Shown: piece after piece, positions 35,081 to 35,160 of the stretch
Position numbering within the stretch: position 1 is the first letter of the stretch
Layout of the letters: every line of letters starts with the position of its first letter
Source: an uncultured Myxococcaceae bacterium
GTDB lineage: Bacteria > Myxococcota > Myxococcia > Myxococcales > UBA5297
Assembly (NCBI GenBank): GCA_964485035.1
Contig: CAZAIE010000001.1
Span: 1-35,160, forward strand
Length of the DNA: 35,160 nucleotides
Direction: 5' to 3'
Translations under genes and position numbers: made by a program
The notes under the pieces: model-generated
The model's database searches: none
Told to the model about the DNA's origin: nothing
Seen by the model: the letters and a program-made list of their open reading frames with translations, nothing else

Positions 35081-35132
35081 TCACCTTCCTTCCCCGGCCT
35101 GCTACGGTGCGCCCTGCCTCCAGGAGCCCACG

Positions 35133-35160
35133 ATGCCCCTCGACCTGCCAGCCATCTACG
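35133..35160 (+). CDS. Possible 5' end of a plus-strand gene running off the right edge
   Basis: cAGGAGcccacgATGcccctcgacctgccagccatctac: AGGAG lies 6 nt upstream and all nine visible codons are GC3. The stretch is too short to assess. Confidence 0.3.

Overview
The window is about 68-70% GC with very strong GC3 bias, and it looks like a Myxococcota chromosomal segment: there is a MYXO-CTERM-like tail, many lipoproteins and Tat or Sec signals. I found no rRNA, tRNA, CRISPR array, IS element or transposase. Many of the longest ORFs in the supplied track are antisense or off-frame shadows of real genes (for example 520..7293+, 19668..22586+, 27421..29424+).

The largest real gene is absent from the track because it has no stop codon in the window. 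It is a minus-strand ORF of at least 1905 codons running from 5715 off the left edge.

Gene order as I read it:
- Minus-strand surface operon: a 1081-aa vWA lipoprotein (5830..9075), then the giant CARDB/Ig-repeat adhesin-like ORF (1..5715).
- HAD hydrolase, then a PgpH-like 7TM-HD phosphohydrolase.
- DUF721, a CAP-domain protein, and a 982-aa protein with class III nucleotidyl-cyclase-like motifs.
- An 84-aa Cys-rich protein and an Slt-type lytic transglycosylase.
- A decayed starch/maltodextrin locus made of four truncated genes with two abrupt junctions.
- psuG-rnd and a polyprenol/phytol-kinase-family membrane protein.
- A three-gene minus-strand cluster: two beta-propeller-like lipoproteins plus a small Tat-signal protein with three CxxC-x9-CxxC repeats.
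- maf, an MA-clan HExxH peptidase, a YkgJ Cys-cluster protein and an isochorismatase-family hydrolase.
- A frameshifted U32 peptidase and two hypothetical genes.

Most interesting observations:
1. An internal MYXO-CTERM-like sorting tail is fused in frame to a signal-peptide-like segment inside the giant ORF.
2. The 982-aa protein is a divergent cyclase-like protein with an insertion of about 160 aa that is probably coiled-coil.
3. The Tat-exported triple mini-zinc-ribbon protein and its lipoprotein partners.
4. The two deletion or mis-join junctions in the sugar locus.

All functional calls rest on motif recognition by eye. No database search was run.
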